Shown in pieces: positions 36,735-46,162 of a stretch of 64,000 bases of DNA. Source of the stretch: Escherichia phage ESCO5. The stretch lies in sequence record NC_047776.2. One strand, 5' to 3'. Numbering within the stretch: the stretch's first letter is position 1; the number at the start of each line of letters is the position of its first letter. The notes below the pieces were generated by a model that saw only the letters and a list, made by a program, of their open reading frames with translations, was not told the origin of the DNA and did not search any database. A program made the translations under genes and the position numbers.

Positions 36735-38978
36735 CTACATTTTACAGGCACTACACCCTTCGTCTTCAGAATCTTCTTGTGCTAAAGAATCTGCTGATTT
36801 TGTTCTACTATTAAGGTAATACAATGATTTGCCACCCAGTCTAGCAAAATTCAGAATAAACTGCATCTCAGCTTTCACGGATAAACGTCCACCTACTAAT
36901 TTAGAATAATCTAGCCAAGAATCACAAGAAATTCCTTGGTCAGTAAATTTGGTAAAGATACCATACATTTCTGCAAGGTCTTTAGCCGGAGTATCCCAGG
37001 CAGATTGGTAGAACATTTTCAGTTTTTCGTAGTCTGGAACAATAAATAATACACTACCTTTCTGACTTTGTTTATACATAATGGTATCACGGACAGGATA
37101 CAGAGAGTTAGTAGTATTGCTTACCAAACTGCTGGACTCATTAGGTGCAATAGCAGCCAATACACTGTTACGGATACCACCTTGTTCAATGATTTCAGCA
37201 CGTAAGCCTTCCCAGTCCATTTTAAGATCAAAATTACCGATACTATCTACTGTTTTAGCATAGGTGTCAATTGGTAGCCAACCTTGAGGCCATTTGGTCT
37301 TATCGATCCATTCCGCATTACCTTTTTCCTTAGCCAGACGCAGAGAGGCTTTTGCCAACCAAAAGTAATGACGTTCTGCAAGTTCATGCATTAATTTTTT
37401 AGCATAAGCATCTGAATAATTTACAAAATTACTTGCCAAGTAATGCGCTAAGTTTGTAATACCTACACCAATAGATCTACGTGCTTTAGCAGTTATTTCG
37501 TTATGTTTAAATGGATAATCCATTGTTTCAATAACGTTGTCAATTGTCAATACAGTGTAGTATGCAACATCCTCATATTCTTCAGGTAATACACGACCAG
37601 CAACAATAGAAGATAAGAAGCATAAAGCCAATTCTTGATCTTCTGTATTCTCACCAGTAAAGAGATCCGGCATACTGTGGAAAGCTTTAGTTGGCAAGAA
37701 GATCTCTTGACACAGGTTTGATTGATACACCGTATCCAGGAAAGGTGTATGGTTGTTAACGTTGTCAGCAAAGAACATGTAAATACGTCCTGTTTCTGCA
37801 CGTTGAACAATAATCTCTGTCAGAAGATCACGAGCCTTAACAAATTTTTTCTTAATGCGACGACGACTTACTTTGTCATAAACTGCATCAAACTCTTCTT
37901 CACTTTTATATAAAGCTTCATAAAGTTCAGGAGCATCATCACAACTAACTAACATCCAGTCTTCGTTTTTTGCTGCTCGACGCAAGAACGAACGGTTAAC
38001 AACAATAGAATAATCTAGTTTATCCACTCGTTTATCTATAGGTGTTGTTGGATTCTTCAGTCGAATCAGATCGTCGAAGTCTGGTTCAAGTATGGTAAAG
38101 GTAACTGTAGCACTACCTCCACGGCTTGCTTGCTTTGAAGCTCCAACACTATCTTCCATCCATTTCAGATACGGAAGAAGACCACCGTGAATAATACGAT
38201 TATTCTTAACACCTTGACCTGTGGCACGAGTTTGAAGATTAACACCAATACCTGCGTTATTCAACGTATACTCATGAGCTAAGTAATTAGCAATGGCTAA
38301 AGACTCTGCCGTATCGTCTGCACGGAATAAACAACAAGACGCACTTCCTTTGATTGGAGTTCGTAGAGTTGTCAGATATGGCGATGGCAGATTAATCTTA
38401 AGATCGCTGACATAAGTATAAAGTTTTTTAATATCTTCTATACGGCGTTCTTTTGGTTGGATCTCCATAACCTTCATTGCGATACCAATGAAAAGGAACT
38501 GTGGAGACTCATGCACCACATCGTTTACTGCATCTCGAATAAGATATTTATCCACCATTTGACGTAAAACAGAATAACCATAAGTTAGATTTTTATTATG
38601 CTTTACAATCTTACCGATTTCTTTGATCTCTTCATCAGTATAATCCATTTTAGCCCAATGACCACGTTCTACCATATCATGATAAAAGGTATTCAGTGAA
38701 GGGATACTGTGGTATCCCCCATGAGCCTGTTTGTAAATCATACCCAGAAGAAGTCTTCCTGCCATATCACTGTAAGCTTGTGTTTTCTTGTCAATACACG
38801 CTGCAATCATTGCTTTATGCAGATCACGTGTAGACACACCGTCATAACACCGCTTCACAGCTTCTAATTCAATTTCAGACCAGTTTAGTTTACCTGCTGC
38901 AAATTCAGACCACTTGCGAAGTTTTTCTGGGTTAAACTCCTCTGTCTTACCATTAGATTTAGTTACAAAACGAATCAA
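36735..38978 (-). CDS. nrdA: Ribonucleotide reductase class Ia alpha subunit
   Basis: 747 aa; N-terminal ATP-cone-like region, catalytic-core motifs and C-terminal CSAC tail. Confidence 0.9.
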   Translation of the reverse strand: MIRFVTKSNGKTEEFNPEKLRKWSEFAAGKLNWSEIELEAVKRCYDGVSTRDLHKAMIAACIDKKTQAYSDMAGRLLLGMIYKQAHGGYHSIPSLNTFYHDMVERGHWAKMDYTDEEIKEIGKIVKHNKNLTYGYSVLRQMVDKYLIRDAVNDVVHESPQFLFIGIAMKVMEIQPKERRIEDIKKLYTYVSDLKINLPSPYLTTLRTPIKGSASCCLFRADDTAESLAIANYLAHEYTLNNAGIGVNLQTRATGQGVKNNRIIHGGLLPYLKWMEDSVGASKQASRGGSATVTFTILEPDFDDLIRLKNPTTPIDKRVDKLDYSIVVNRSFLRRAAKNEDWMLVSCDDAPELYEALYKSEEEFDAVYDKVSRRRIKKKFVKARDLLTEIIVQRAETGRIYMFFADNVNNHTPFLDTVYQSNLCQEIFLPTKAFHSMPDLFTGENTEDQELALCFLSSIVAGRVLPEEYEDVAYYTVLTIDNVIETMDYPFKHNEITAKARRSIGVGITNLAHYLASNFVNYSDAYAKKLMHELAERHYFWLAKASLRLAKEKGNAEWIDKTKWPQGWLPIDTYAKTVDSIGNFDLKMDWEGLRAEIIEQGGIRNSVLAAIAPNESSSLVSNTTNSLYPVRDTIMYKQSQKGSVLFIVPDYEKLKMFYQSAWDTPAKDLAEMYGIFTKFTDQGISCDSWLDYSKLVGGRLSVKAEMQFILNFARLGGKSLYYLNSRTKSADSLAQEDSEDEGCSACKM

Positions 38979-38994
38979 CTTCTCCTCCCTATTA

Positions 38995-39249
38995 TTAATG
39001 CATATTCAAAACATCTACATCATAACCGAACTTCATTTCATTAAAAAGTCCATTAGCATATAGAAAACCTTCAAAATGAGTTATGTCATCAAACCCTTTT
39101 GCTTTTGCTCGACGATCTGCTTCTTGTCTTTTAGGAGATAAACGTTTTGAAGTGTCTAGAATTACAGTTACATTACAACCAATAGTTTCATCAAAATAGA
39201 CTTCGATTTCACAGCCTTCATATTTATTATCAGTCATTGTCCCTCTCAT
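38995..39249 (-). CDS. Hypothetical protein
   Basis: 84-aa ORF. Confidence 0.45.
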   Translation of the reverse strand: MRGTMTDNKYEGCEIEVYFDETIGCNVTVILDTSKRLSPKRQEADRRAKAKGFDDITHFEGFLYANGLFNEMKFGYDVDVLNMH

Positions 39250-39689
39250 TGATTAGTATCATCTGCTTTCGCAGGATCATAAGAGTTACCGAAATCATCC
39301 ATCTTAATATGTGACGCACCCCAACCTGTAAATTCTTCATCACCAAAATGAAAAATATCATTTTCTTGATAGATTCGTTTAAAACCACAATTAGGTGAAA
39401 CAGGGAAAGTGAAAAGCGTTGTATTTGCAAACACTACTCGCTTATCGTTATTGCTTCGGATATTCACATTACGCTCAACAGAATAGTGTGAATCTTCAGC
39501 CATACCCAGCATTACAAGCGACGCTCTAATAACAGCATTTTGTTTCTCGTGTGGAATATTGCCATTGTGTTTATTTGATTCTAGTTTCCAGATAGGGGTA
39601 GACATTACAGTAGACATGCTTACGGTAGCCCAAGTTGTAGTATTTACTAATGACATATTTTCTCCTTCGTTTTGAATGGGAGGACTCAC
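39246..39689 (-). CDS. Hypothetical protein
   Basis: 147-aa ORF with SD AAGGAGA. Confidence 0.45.
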   Translation of the reverse strand: MSPPIQNEGENMSLVNTTTWATVSMSTVMSTPIWKLESNKHNGNIPHEKQNAVIRASLVMLGMAEDSHYSVERNVNIRSNNDKRVVFANTTLFTFPVSPNCGFKRIYQENDIFHFGDEEFTGWGASHIKMDDFGNSYDPAKADDTNQ

Positions 39690-39710
39690 CTCCTCCCAGT
39701 ATTGTGCTAT

Positions 39711-39738
39711 ATTATACTAAAACTAATACTAAAGTCAA
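39711..39738 (-). promoter_or_regulatory. Sigma70-like promoter on the minus strand (TTGACT, 16 nt spacer, TATAAT)
   Basis: Reverse complement of 39711-39738 gives consensus -35 and -10 hexamers; a GGGAGGA/TCCTCCC hairpin lies in the leader at 39678-39697. Confidence 0.55.
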
Positions 39739-39754
39739 TAACTATTTAAACAGA

Positions 39755-40753
39755 TCACCATTTAGTATGATTTGTTAAAAGTTGACGATGTTGAATCCAA
39801 CCTTTGAAATTGCCAGACCAAAACTTACCATTACGATCTACATGGGTAATACCTGGTTCCCAAGAGTTAAAATCCCAGGGAGCATTGATAAACAAATCTT
39901 CAAAACAGTTCTCTCCGTATTGTTCGCATGTTTCTTGCATTGGGGTGGCTTGATGTTCAAACGGAGAAGCATGAACCTTACGCCCAGTCAGCAAACGACC
40001 ATAGATATCTAAAGCTTTATCTTTAGTTGCATTCAAACGACGATAGCTAACCTGTGCACAACACGAAGCTGAAATAGCTTTGGCTTCTTCCAAAGTAAGC
40101 ACAACAACTTCTCCAGATTCATCTTGAACATAGTATCCACCAAAAACAAAATGATCGTCACCTTCTGTGCCAATATTATCATAGAAATGGTCTACATAAG
40201 GTGTGTGCCATTGCCCTGGTTTCAGCACTTCTGGTGTAGATTCTTCATACTCTTTGTGCATCTCTTTAGCCAAAGCTTCGATAGTAGGATCGGCTTCTTT
40301 GTCATCACGTAGCCACCAGAAATTTTCATATTCTGTTGCTGTCAGAACTGTTTTAATTCGTTGGAAAGGTTCCAGAAGACGGTTTGCAACTTGTTTGTGG
40401 TACCCTGCCAAAGAGAATTCTTCTGCAAAACGTGCTGCACTAAGCGCGGCAAGATCCCACCACTCTTGAGCAGTATAACCTGCATCAATAAGAGCATCAT
40501 GGTCAACACCTTTGTCCTGCATACCAGGTTGGTTAGCCCCAAAACGATAAGGACGAGCAGGCTGATTTCGCACCATTTCGATCAGTGTTTTAACAGGTAT
40601 AGCACGGCTAGAAGCAGCGTTACGACTGAACAGGCGGTGAGTCATCAGTTCTGAATGAATAATACGTGGATATTCAAGTTCGAAAGTTACAATCTCTTTT
40701 CCGTCTTCAGTGATGGAATGTGCAATAATACTAGCCGAAATCTGTTTTGTCAT
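39755..40753 (-). CDS. ThyX-like (flavin-dependent thymidylate synthase family) protein, divergent and C-terminally extended
   Basis: THRLFSRNAASSR aligns with the ThyX RHR..S.N..S.R signature; 332 aa is longer than typical ThyX. Confidence 0.55.
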   Translation of the reverse strand: MTKQISASIIAHSITEDGKEIVTFELEYPRIIHSELMTHRLFSRNAASSRAIPVKTLIEMVRNQPARPYRFGANQPGMQDKGVDHDALIDAGYTAQEWWDLAALSAARFAEEFSLAGYHKQVANRLLEPFQRIKTVLTATEYENFWWLRDDKEADPTIEALAKEMHKEYEESTPEVLKPGQWHTPYVDHFYDNIGTEGDDHFVFGGYYVQDESGEVVVLTLEEAKAISASCCAQVSYRRLNATKDKALDIYGRLLTGRKVHASPFEHQATPMQETCEQYGENCFEDLFINAPWDFNSWEPGITHVDRNGKFWSGNFKGWIQHRQLLTNHTKW

Positions 40754-40762
40754 TTTTTCTCC

Positions 40763-41371
40763 TTAGTTTTTAAAATTGTTCAAAGTGTTAAAAACATCCA
40801 AACATGTTAGCCACTGATCTTCTAAACCTGTGATCACAACGTTTGGTTTTTTCTTTAGTTCTTCTAGATGGTTATCTTTATAAGGTGTATTAAAATATAT
40901 TTTAACTACTTCATCCGGAAAATATAATAGGTTATCAGCCCTGTCATCTATTGCTATATCACAAGGTAATAAGTATTTTTCTTTCGTAGCAAAAAAGCCG
41001 TTACCAGATCCTTTGCTAAAATCAATCGTATCTAATGTTCTTAAAACATGTTTATGTTTAGAACTTAAGTGACCACCTTTTGTCACACTCGCGATCAAAA
41101 GATTGCTACCTTTCCTTGAAACATACTTTAAGAAATCTGGCATACCTGGAACAAAACCCATTGTATCGTAGAGATGAGGATTATCCAGAAATCCGTAAGG
41201 ATCTATGTTGAACTCTTCCCTGAAACCAGGAAAATAGTTGGTAAGATCATAATCTGCATTTTTTGTGAATGTGTCGATTTTAACACCAAGGCCACTAATC
41301 TTATTCAACCATTCTAACCAAGCAACATCTAACGGAGCCACAACTAAATCCCAATCACATACTATCTGCAT
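40763..41371 (-). CDS. HAD-superfamily phosphatase, putative 5'-deoxynucleotidase
   Basis: N-terminal CDWDLV (DxD-type nucleophile motif) and IDDRADN C-terminal motif. Confidence 0.45.
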   Translation of the reverse strand: MQIVCDWDLVVAPLDVAWLEWLNKISGLGVKIDTFTKNADYDLTNYFPGFREEFNIDPYGFLDNPHLYDTMGFVPGMPDFLKYVSRKGSNLLIASVTKGGHLSSKHKHVLRTLDTIDFSKGSGNGFFATKEKYLLPCDIAIDDRADNLLYFPDEVVKIYFNTPYKDNHLEELKKKPNVVITGLEDQWLTCLDVFNTLNNFKN

Positions 41372-41407
41372 AAAACCTCCTCTCTCTTTTAGTATAGTTA
41401 TCTTATA

Positions 41408-41983
41408 CTAACTTTCAATTTCCTGCAATAGGATTTTGACTATTTGTTTACGGCGTTTTGCTACTGTGCTTTCAGGTTCTATTTTACGCTTCTTCAGCCA
41501 TGCTTTATCTTTCTTAGCTCTACACAAAGCTATCGCTTCTTTTTCAGCTTTTGCTTCTTCAAAAGATATGCCTTGCTTGTCTGCATAAGCAAGAATAGAG
41601 TTGCACAATTTACAAACCATTCGCAAATCTTCTTCTTTCACATAAATCAAACGGAAAACAAAAAGAGGAATATCATCAAAACATTGAAGTTGTTTTGCTG
41701 CGTGAATATGATCCACTTGGAAGTCTTTCATTCCTCCTCTATGTCCACATATTTCGCACTCACAATTCCAAACTTGTTTTGGTTTTCCAGTTTTCTTATC
41801 TAGCATTACATTGCCGTCTTTATCTACGCGATCAACTTTAAAACGCCTTGCATTGATAACCTTAATTTTATTAGGGTGTCTCATCCATGCTTTTCTAAAA
41901 CATCCCCTAAGATAAGTATAAAATTCCGCTTGTGTTTTCCAGGGTGTTCCTTCACCCCACATTATTTTTGGTTCACCTGCCAA
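41408..41983 (-). CDS. HNH endonuclease
   Basis: CECEICGH...DHIH...CKLCN zinc-bound HNH motif. Confidence 0.65.
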   Translation of the reverse strand: MAGEPKIMWGEGTPWKTQAEFYTYLRGCFRKAWMRHPNKIKVINARRFKVDRVDKDGNVMLDKKTGKPKQVWNCECEICGHRGGMKDFQVDHIHAAKQLQCFDDIPLFVFRLIYVKEEDLRMVCKLCNSILAYADKQGISFEEAKAEKEAIALCRAKKDKAWLKKRKIEPESTVAKRRKQIVKILLQEIES

Positions 41984-42206
41984 TATTGCTCACCTTTTTA
42001 GCTGTATATTCCCCTGGTGGGATATTGTGTTTAAAAAACAAAAGGCGGTCTAACCCCGCCTTGCACATTGTTTCTGGAATAGTCAAAGTTAGTAAAAGTT
42101 TATCACCTTTTCGGTTGAATATTTTATAAACTTCTCCTGCTCCATATTGTTTAGTATTGCTCGCCACTAATACGTTCCTTAAGTTGTTTAATAGCTTCGA
42201 TTGCAT
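41973..42206 (-). CDS. Hypothetical protein
   Basis: 77-aa ORF, start uncertain. Confidence 0.3.
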   Translation of the reverse strand: MQSKLLNNLRNVLVASNTKQYGAGEVYKIFNRKGDKLLLTLTIPETMCKAGLDRLLFFKHNIPPGEYTAKKVSNIGR

Positions 42207-42552
42207 CTACATAAGAAGAGTTATACATGTGTTTCAGTGCTACTCGTATTAAAGGATCTTTTGTGAAGAAATCAATAAGAAGCATAGCTTGATCATGTTT
42301 AGCTGCATTTGTCATAGATGGATAATTTTCACGAACCATATACGTGTTATTTTGCATAAGGGTTCTTTCTAGTTCAATACAATGAATAGCTTTATCTAGG
42401 TTAATCTGACGTTCACCTTTAATACGTGTTGCGTATTTTGCCAATTTGCAAAAACAAGGTGTGCCACCAACCAAATAAGCTAGTTCAATAGGTTGCATTG
42501 CCATTTTTGTGTAGTGATCACCGTCAACCTGATTATCAAAAGCATTAGACAT
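42151..42552 (-). CDS. Hypothetical protein (DUF3310-like pattern)
   Basis: GDHYT...QPIE pattern seen in a common phage protein family. Confidence 0.4.
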   Translation of the reverse strand: MSNAFDNQVDGDHYTKMAMQPIELAYLVGGTPCFCKLAKYATRIKGERQINLDKAIHCIELERTLMQNNTYMVRENYPSMTNAAKHDQAMLLIDFFTKDPLIRVALKHMYNSSYVDAIEAIKQLKERISGEQY

Positions 42553-42817
42553 AATTTTCCTCCTGAATTCCTACTGCACCTTCTTCTGGGTAGTCTGCAT
42601 AATAAGCTACCCTACCTTGATAGATAATATCACCATCGTCATTATAAATTGCTGTATCTTCTTGGATTGTTATTTCAACGTCAAGAAGATCTGGATCTTT
42701 ATTGATGGTATAGTTCAAACCTAACATTTCAAACAGTTCGAAAATTTCGTTACCTGTTAATGTAATGCTCATATTTCCTCCTTTTATTGTGGTTAGCAGA
42801 GTATACACTAATATCAA
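42545..42817 (-). CDS. Hypothetical protein
   Basis: 90-aa ORF. Confidence 0.4.
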   Translation of the reverse strand: MILVYTLLTTIKGGNMSITLTGNEIFELFEMLGLNYTINKDPDLLDVEITIQEDTAIYNDDGDIIYQGRVAYYADYPEEGAVGIQEENYV

Positions 42818-42858
42818 ATTTTTGTCAATAAAAAAGGGAGCAATAAGCTCCCTGATTA

Positions 42859-43818
42859 TTAGATTCCAATGATAGTTGCTGCTCGTTTATCCTTGGATCT
42901 GGTGTTTGCTCTACTACGTGACAAACCTCCGCAAGATTCACAACGAATGATATCGAAAGAACTTACCGCAGTGTGGTATTGTTTACCAGTAACAACGTGA
43001 ACGTGATCACTGCCACAACGAGAACAACGGACCTTCTCATCTGGGTAATAAGCGGATAAGTTAGGATGCTGTGGAATCCACGGAAGGATTTTCATATACA
43101 AATCACGGAGTGAAACAACATCACCGTCATTGTAAATCTGCATACGTTCAAAAGCATCACGATCACCTTCACAACATGCTTTCCATAAAGGGAACCCCTC
43201 GTTATCCAGTTTTTCACTTTCTGTTTCGAAATATGCTCCCATTTCTTTAAGGGAGTTGGAAGGAAGTGCAAATTGTTTCTTAGCTGCCTTCAATGTATCA
43301 ACAACTACATAATTAGAAGGAGGAGCCATATCGTGATATGCAAATCGTTGGTTAATGTATGCACGGTCAAACTTATACCCGTTGTGTGCCACAACTACAT
43401 CTGCCTCATTCAGAAGGTTCCAAAGATCTTGGCAAAGCTCCCAATCATCTGTATGATCAATATCAAAAAGAGGATAAGAAGACAAATTCTTACCTTCCAC
43501 TTCACCAGTATACAGATCAGCAGAAGAATAAGATAACAAATAACCTCTGCGAATTACCTGGTCTGGAGAAATGAAGGCTTTGAATCGACGGAAAGTATAT
43601 GCAATCTCTGGTGCAGTTTCAACATCAATAATTTTAATAACTGGTTGTTTCTTTTTAACTGGTTCTTGTTTACTTCCACTGAAACGTGCAAGGAAATCAT
43701 TCACTGTGCTTTTTCTTGTTGGGCTACCTAAAACAATTGCTGCAATATTGCGAGAAGACATACCCTCTGCACTCATACTAAGGATATCTGCTTTCTGCTC
43801 TTCTGTTAATCTGCTCAC
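42859..43818 (-). CDS. DEDD-family 3'-5' exonuclease with N-terminal HTH and C-terminal zinc ribbon
   Basis: IDVETA (Exo I-like), VVVAHNGYKFD (Exo II-like), N-terminal resolvase-type HTH, C-terminal CSRCG...CESCG. Confidence 0.55.
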   Translation of the reverse strand: MSRLTEEQKADILSMSAEGMSSRNIAAIVLGSPTRKSTVNDFLARFSGSKQEPVKKKQPVIKIIDVETAPEIAYTFRRFKAFISPDQVIRRGYLLSYSSADLYTGEVEGKNLSSYPLFDIDHTDDWELCQDLWNLLNEADVVVAHNGYKFDRAYINQRFAYHDMAPPSNYVVVDTLKAAKKQFALPSNSLKEMGAYFETESEKLDNEGFPLWKACCEGDRDAFERMQIYNDGDVVSLRDLYMKILPWIPQHPNLSAYYPDEKVRCSRCGSDHVHVVTGKQYHTAVSSFDIIRCESCGGLSRSRANTRSKDKRAATIIGI

Positions 43819-44933
43819 TCTGCCTCCTGTTGTGAGATGTATGACTGAAGCATACTCTCAAATGTTGTATCGTCATTATCCCAGCGTTTCATGTATACCA
43901 ACTGGAAAATTGTTTCTATCCATTCATCTGTTGTCATATGGACTTCTTCTCCATCCCAAGAAGTAAAATTAACACCATCTGGGAACCACGAGTAGTAAGT
44001 ATCTTTAACTGTTTGGAAAAGCTCTGCTTGAGTTTTACAAGCTGAAAGAAGATTAAAACAAGTAATATCTCCAAACTTAATATCAAAATCTTGATAGGGT
44101 CGGATACTATCTGTTTTATCTCCCATTAGCATCTGATATGCTAACCAGTAACTGCCCCAACCTTTAACTTCTTTCTTTTTACCTTTATCTACGATCCATA
44201 TATCGCCAATAGATTCATCAATAAGAATTATATCTGGATTTTTAAAGACTCCATCTTCTTTGTAGAAATTAAAAAGAATACTAGGAGTATGTAAACTATC
44301 TTTATCTATAGATACCACGATATAAGAAAATTTACCCGTCCTTTTATAATCTTTATAACCTTGGAAACCATATTTCTCTAACTCATCGTCAGCCTCTATT
44401 ACAGTAACAACATCACCATTGTGGAACTCCACAAGATAATCTTTGGTTTCTGAAAGCTGAAGTGGTTTGATATCTAATCGTTCAGACTTATATTCTACAG
44501 GCATTTTGAAGGCGTGTCTGAAAGTTTTTCCTACGCCAATAACTCCGCAATATTTTTCTAAACGCAGATGTTTTAGAATACCTAAGACTTTTGTTTTAGC
44601 TGCTTGGAAGGTGTGTCCGATATCTTCTGGCGGGTATTGCTTATCAATAATTTCGAACTCTTCCTTTGTGAAGGGACGTTTGTTTTTGGAGGCTCTTTCT
44701 GCATTTGTATCTCCTAGCCAACCTCCAATTTTAGTCTTACTTTTACCCCAAAACTCTGTCTTATTTTTAAATTCCTTTTGAGCACCTGAAGGGATGTGCT
44801 TCGCAATGATTGTTCTTTTCTCTAATGCAGACGCTGCTTGGAAAGCAATCTGATCATAATCAATTGCAGCTATTGTCTCTTCGTTGACATATAAATGAAG
44901 ATCTTCAGGTTTAATTAAAATATAACCGCTAAT
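43815..44933 (-). CDS. T4 RNase H-like 5'-3' exonuclease / flap endonuclease; start codon non-canonical or unresolved
   Basis: AAIDYDQIA, YKSER, EADD, LIDESIGD and LMGDKTDSI motifs align with T4 RNase H; the conserved N-terminal part lies in a 147-codon open stretch with no in-frame ATG/GTG/TTG upstream of the track start at 44504. Confidence 0.5.
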   Translation of the reverse strand: MSGYILIKPEDLHLYVNEETIAAIDYDQIAFQAASALEKRTIIAKHIPSGAQKEFKNKTEFWGKSKTKIGGWLGDTNAERASKNKRPFTKEEFEIIDKQYPPEDIGHTFQAAKTKVLGILKHLRLEKYCGVIGVGKTFRHAFKMPVEYKSERLDIKPLQLSETKDYLVEFHNGDVVTVIEADDELEKYGFQGYKDYKRTGKFSYIVVSIDKDSLHTPSILFNFYKEDGVFKNPDIILIDESIGDIWIVDKGKKKEVKGWGSYWLAYQMLMGDKTDSIRPYQDFDIKFGDITCFNLLSACKTQAELFQTVKDTYYSWFPDGVNFTSWDGEEVHMTTDEWIETIFQLVYMKRWDNDDTTFESMLQSYISQQEAE

Positions 44934-44945
44934 ATTTCCCCCTAA

Positions 44946-45155
44946 TTATTCATCGTCATCCTCTGTTGAGAATGTTTTAGTATACGGACATTGACGACTT
45001 TTCGGGATTGCTATAACTTCATCTTGGTTAGCGTTAGAATAGTAGCAATATTTTGTGTTGCCATTAACTTCAGAATTAGACAAGATTAAAGTAATTTGAC
45101 CTGCTGCTACTGTGAAACTAAAAGCTAAAAGAACAACTGTCAGAATCTTTTTCAT
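44946..45155 (-). CDS. Small secreted protein
   Basis: Strong SD AGGAGG; N-terminal signal peptide; stop TAA is in frame with the downstream flap-endonuclease reading frame. Confidence 0.5.
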   Translation of the reverse strand: MKKILTVVLLAFSFTVAAGQITLILSNSEVNGNTKYCYYSNANQDEVIAIPKSRQCPYTKTFSTEDDDE

Positions 45156-45164
45156 AACGCCTCC

Positions 45165-45192
45165 TAAAAAGCCTACCTCATTAAGTAGGTAG
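45165..45192 (-). terminator. Rho-independent terminator (GCCTACCT/AGGTAGGC stem followed by U5 on the minus strand)
   Basis: Perfect 8-bp inverted repeat and T-run read from the sequence. Confidence 0.6.
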
Positions 45193-45227
45193 GCATAATA
45201 TCATAACTAATCCCGCAAGTCAAGAAC

Positions 45228-46106
45228 TTATTTAAGGATTGTTGCTTTGGTTAAATCTTCCATCAGACCTCGAATCTCATTGAAGCACAGAAGGACTGAA
45301 GCTTCAATACTACCTTCTTCGTCTGCAAAATATTTCGGAAAACGTAGTTTAGAAAGTTTAAACTCTTTATCAACTACAAAATCTACAACACCGTCATATT
45401 CAAGACCGATTGCAACAACATCTTTACCATCTTCTTTTAGTTCGACAGCTTTAGACTCGTATAGGGATTCTTTACTCCAAACAACAACGCCCTCGCTATC
45501 CTCCATTTTGATATAATTTCCGAGAGTAATACGATCTGCTTCGTGATTCTCCAGCAATTCACCAAAACCTTTTACAATAGCTTCTTCGTGCACACTAAAA
45601 CCTACCGAAGGGAAAGTCCCCAGGACGGAACGGAGGAAAGAAGTAATCTCTTCTGCAACCTTTTTACTTCCATTAAGAACATAAAGAAGATTCGTAGTTT
45701 TATCCAAGACAACATAGTTAGAGAAATCTTCAGGTTCTGTTTCAGGCAATAGTGCAAATTCAATATCTTCTTTCATTGCTTTGACTACTTCTTTATCGAC
45801 ATAAAACTCTTTACCTTCGCTCTCCATGTCCTGACGCATTTCTTCTAGACGTTCATTCAGAATACGTTTAACTTTCTTTTTATCTACTTTCTTCACAGAT
45901 TGACCTACATTAAGCAGTTCAAGATCTGAAAACTCTTTTACAAATTTAGAGTCATCTTCGAAACGAACAAGACCGATAGTGTGTGACTGGGAGCCTTCTG
46001 CTGTTACAAATTCCAGAGGAATATCTGTAATGCTGTTAAGGGATGCTACAGAAGCATTGTCACCAACAACCATAGGCAGAGCGGATTTAAAAGATTTTAC
46101 AAACAT
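45228..46106 (-). CDS. RdgC-like recombination-associated protein
   Basis: Lys-rich central segment and LRSVLGTFPSV, GKDVVAIGLEYDGVVDFV segments resembling E. coli RdgC. Confidence 0.45.
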   Translation of the reverse strand: MFVKSFKSALPMVVGDNASVASLNSITDIPLEFVTAEGSQSHTIGLVRFEDDSKFVKEFSDLELLNVGQSVKKVDKKKVKRILNERLEEMRQDMESEGKEFYVDKEVVKAMKEDIEFALLPETEPEDFSNYVVLDKTTNLLYVLNGSKKVAEEITSFLRSVLGTFPSVGFSVHEEAIVKGFGELLENHEADRITLGNYIKMEDSEGVVVWSKESLYESKAVELKEDGKDVVAIGLEYDGVVDFVVDKEFKLSKLRFPKYFADEEGSIEASVLLCFNEIRGLMEDLTKATILK

Positions 46107-46162
46107 GTTTCCTCCTATTTAATACATCTCACATTACCGCCCGTAAAGGGCGGCTTACAACA

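Noticed and set aside
44467-44781. 104-aa plus-strand ORF
   Set aside because: Antisense to the flap-endonuclease reading frame, which carries the conserved motifs.
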